DNA of 50,540 nucleotides, the filler included, from Sphacelaria rigidula (taxonomy: Eukaryota), in NCBI GenBank assembly GCA_964200075.2. It is 3 parts of 3 records of this genome, joined end to end, with 100 filler letters (N's around TTAATTAATTAA, not from the genome) between each part and the next. Parts side by side here need not be neighbours in the genome. Positions count along the whole stretch, not along the records: positions 33,770 to 50,540 come from CAXNAA020001257.1; 2 more parts are not named here. The stretch is one strand, 5' to 3'. The notes beneath the pieces are model-generated. The model had not been told where the DNA came from. It did no database searches and worked only from the letters and a program-made list of their open reading frames with translations. Each line of letters begins with the position of its first letter. Position 1 is the first letter of the stretch. Position numbers and translations under genes: made by a program. This document shows positions 48,901-50,540 of this stretch, in pieces.

Positions 48901-49371
48901 ACTACAGTAATTTCTCTGCGTACCCGGGAACACCGAATATTTTCGGGAGGTATCCGAAGTAGTTGGTATTGTACTCGGTATTCGCGGTACTAGACCGGGA
49001 ATTTCGGTTGGCGGATACCCGAGTACTCTCGGTAGTCGAGCCCCTGCGTACCCTGGAGTCCCGGGTAGTCCAGGTACCCTGAACATCCAAGGTACCCCAG
49101 GGTACCTGGGCTACTTTGAGTACCCTCACAACATCGATGCTACCATGTTTGGCACCGCAGACAGTCACGTGCTATACATGGCGTAACAAACCACAGTTCT
49201 ATTTCCCCTCCCTGTTGTCGGTGAATCCAGGACATGACGAGCCCGACAGAAAAGATTGTGGCTGTGGCGTGCGGGGGCTGGCATACCGCTGTGATTGGAG
49301 AGCGGGGGGGATTGTGGACCTGCGGCAGGGGCGAGTATGGTCGATTGGGGCTCGGAGATCAGACCAGCCAG
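36941..49371 (+). CDS. RCC1-repeat (UVR8/HERC-like beta-propeller) protein, 3' incomplete
   Basis: Exons 36941-36987 (tentative start, MERTEGVAAVRAYGYN), 37187 (or 37176)-37394, 39033-39209, 39760-39903, 40997-41077, 42027-42164, 43028-43144, 43792-43857, 49231-49371 join in frame. Repeated motifs: VACGSRHT..YSWGWGACGQLG, VSAGGIHS..YTWGGSSYGQLG, VACGGMHT..YCWGRADSGQLG, IACGGFHT..YTWGKDDFGMLG, VACGGWHT..WTCGRGEYGRLG. Confidence 0.88.
37608..37635. repeat. (CAA)n microsatellite
   Basis: Direct reading. Confidence 0.9.
43877..44411. repeat. Non-autonomous element with internal acccgacagttctgt subrepeats, copy 1
   Basis: Starts caaggttatgttctgtagggtacg, ends taccttg; colinear with 45052-45547. 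Confidence 0.7.
45052..45547. mobile_element. Same element family, copy 2, with terminal inverted repeats
   Basis: caaggtcgtgttttttagggtacgg ... ccgtaccttacagaacacaaccttg. Confidence 0.7.
46838..46954. mobile_element. Short piggyBac-like hairpin MITE
   Basis: ~50-nt imperfect inverted arms beginning CCCT and ending AGGG; flanks are TTTA and TTAA. Confidence 0.6.
48685..49127. repeat. GGGTACCC-rich degenerate palindromic repeat
   Basis: Many gggtacc / taccc / cccggg motifs clustered in ~440 nt. Confidence 0.5.
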
Positions 49372-49572
49372 GTGATTATTGTTTTTCCTCTCTTTCTTGC
49401 GTTGCTCTCGTATCCCATCCCTTCGCTGTGTCTCCTTGTGTTGTTTGGCGTAAATTTCCTTGCTGGATGAAGGTTGCTCGTCACTCCACAAGTGTTTGCG
49501 CAAACATGTGTTGTATTCGTCAAAGATATATTATCTATATATCGTAGTATGTAGTTGCGGAATGCTGAGAGC

Positions 49573-50075
49573 TCACCCACTATCATAGTTTTGATCTCTG
49601 ACCCCCCTCTGACCGCAGGTGAGGATGCAGAATGGGCCATGGTTCACCTCAATCGCACGATATTATCCTTTTTTCCGACACCCACTGTCGCCACGTGGAC
49701 ATTGTGACATGACATAGATAACGCTGTTGTGTTCAGAATCACCCTGCCTTCAACCCGCAACAATCTCATGGAACAGAGTGAGTGTGGGATTTGGCCGTTT
49801 TTTTACTGTCCAGGTTGCGTCCGGATCTGGTGTTATGGTTCAATCTCGTGACGCCGCGCCCCCCGAGAGAAATGGTTTGTTGCGCCGTACAAACAGGGAG
49901 ATTCTGAACGCAACGACGTTATTTGTGTTATATCACAATGTCCGGGTGGCGATAGCGGATGTCCGAAAAAGAGAGAACGCTGTGCGACTGGGATAAATCA
50001 TGGTCCATTTGGCATTTTTACAGTCGAAATCAGCCTGCGATCTGTGGGGGGTCAGATCCCAGGATGCTTGGGCGA
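49573..50075. mobile_element. MITE-like element with degenerate inverted termini
   Basis: gatctctgacccccctctgaccgcagg (49593-49619) versus cctgcgatctgtggggggtcagatc (50034-50058). Confidence 0.5.
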
Positions 50076-50540
50076 TAATATGAACCATACGCCCATGTTT
50101 GTGCAAACGCTGTTTTTGTCTCCTTTGCTCAGTTGTGTTGCGCGTGTTTCATTATTTGTAGCCTGAGAAGAAACAAAGAGAACTCTCACCTCTCGTGAGG
50201 AATATCGAGCTTACGTCTATGACCACGGGTTCGAGAGATCGGACTAATGTGCGGAAATGGTAATAGTATACGAGCTGGTCCAGCTGTGAGGATAACGAAA
50301 CAATGGAAAGGGCCGGCAGGCGGTAATACGAAGATTTGGGCGCTGAAAATTTGACACAGCATGTTTATCACCAGTCCGGACAAGACTAGTGTCTGTACAC
50401 TTGAAAAAAATAATAATGAAGAAGTTAGAGCGACTTGAAGTTTATACGAAAACAGGAAAATCATCATAATTCCGTGTGAAATTAAAAAGTAACGAATGTA
50501 CGTTCAACCAGGTGGTGGGCAATCGCGTCCCGGGCACTCC

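Overview
Intron-rich eukaryotic DNA, most likely a brown alga (Ectocarpus-like, inferred from gene families and intron style). Three contigs are joined by two artificial 100-nt linkers (N44-TTAATTAATTAA-N44). Contig 1 (1-16786) carries a minus-strand NLR-like gene: an N-terminal helical (MLKL/HeLo-like, inferred) domain, an NB-ARC domain, then a tandem array of 14 exons of exactly 126 nt. Each array exon is phase 0-0, encodes one 42-aa TPR unit and sits between homologous introns. One cassette is dead (in-frame TAG plus a GT>TT donor), and the cassettes show patchwork similarity. This is the most interesting system in the window: a modular, shuffle- or skip-able receptor array. Contig 2 (16887-33669) holds the 3' part (12 exons) of a SKI2-like DExH RNA helicase on the plus strand. 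Contig 3 (33770-50540) holds a plus-strand RCC1-repeat gene that runs off the window end. Introns and intergenic DNA contain MITE-like inverted repeats, tRNA-derived SINE-like copies and microsatellites. Exon boundaries were read by eye from GT/AG sites and frame continuity; no transcript evidence was available.
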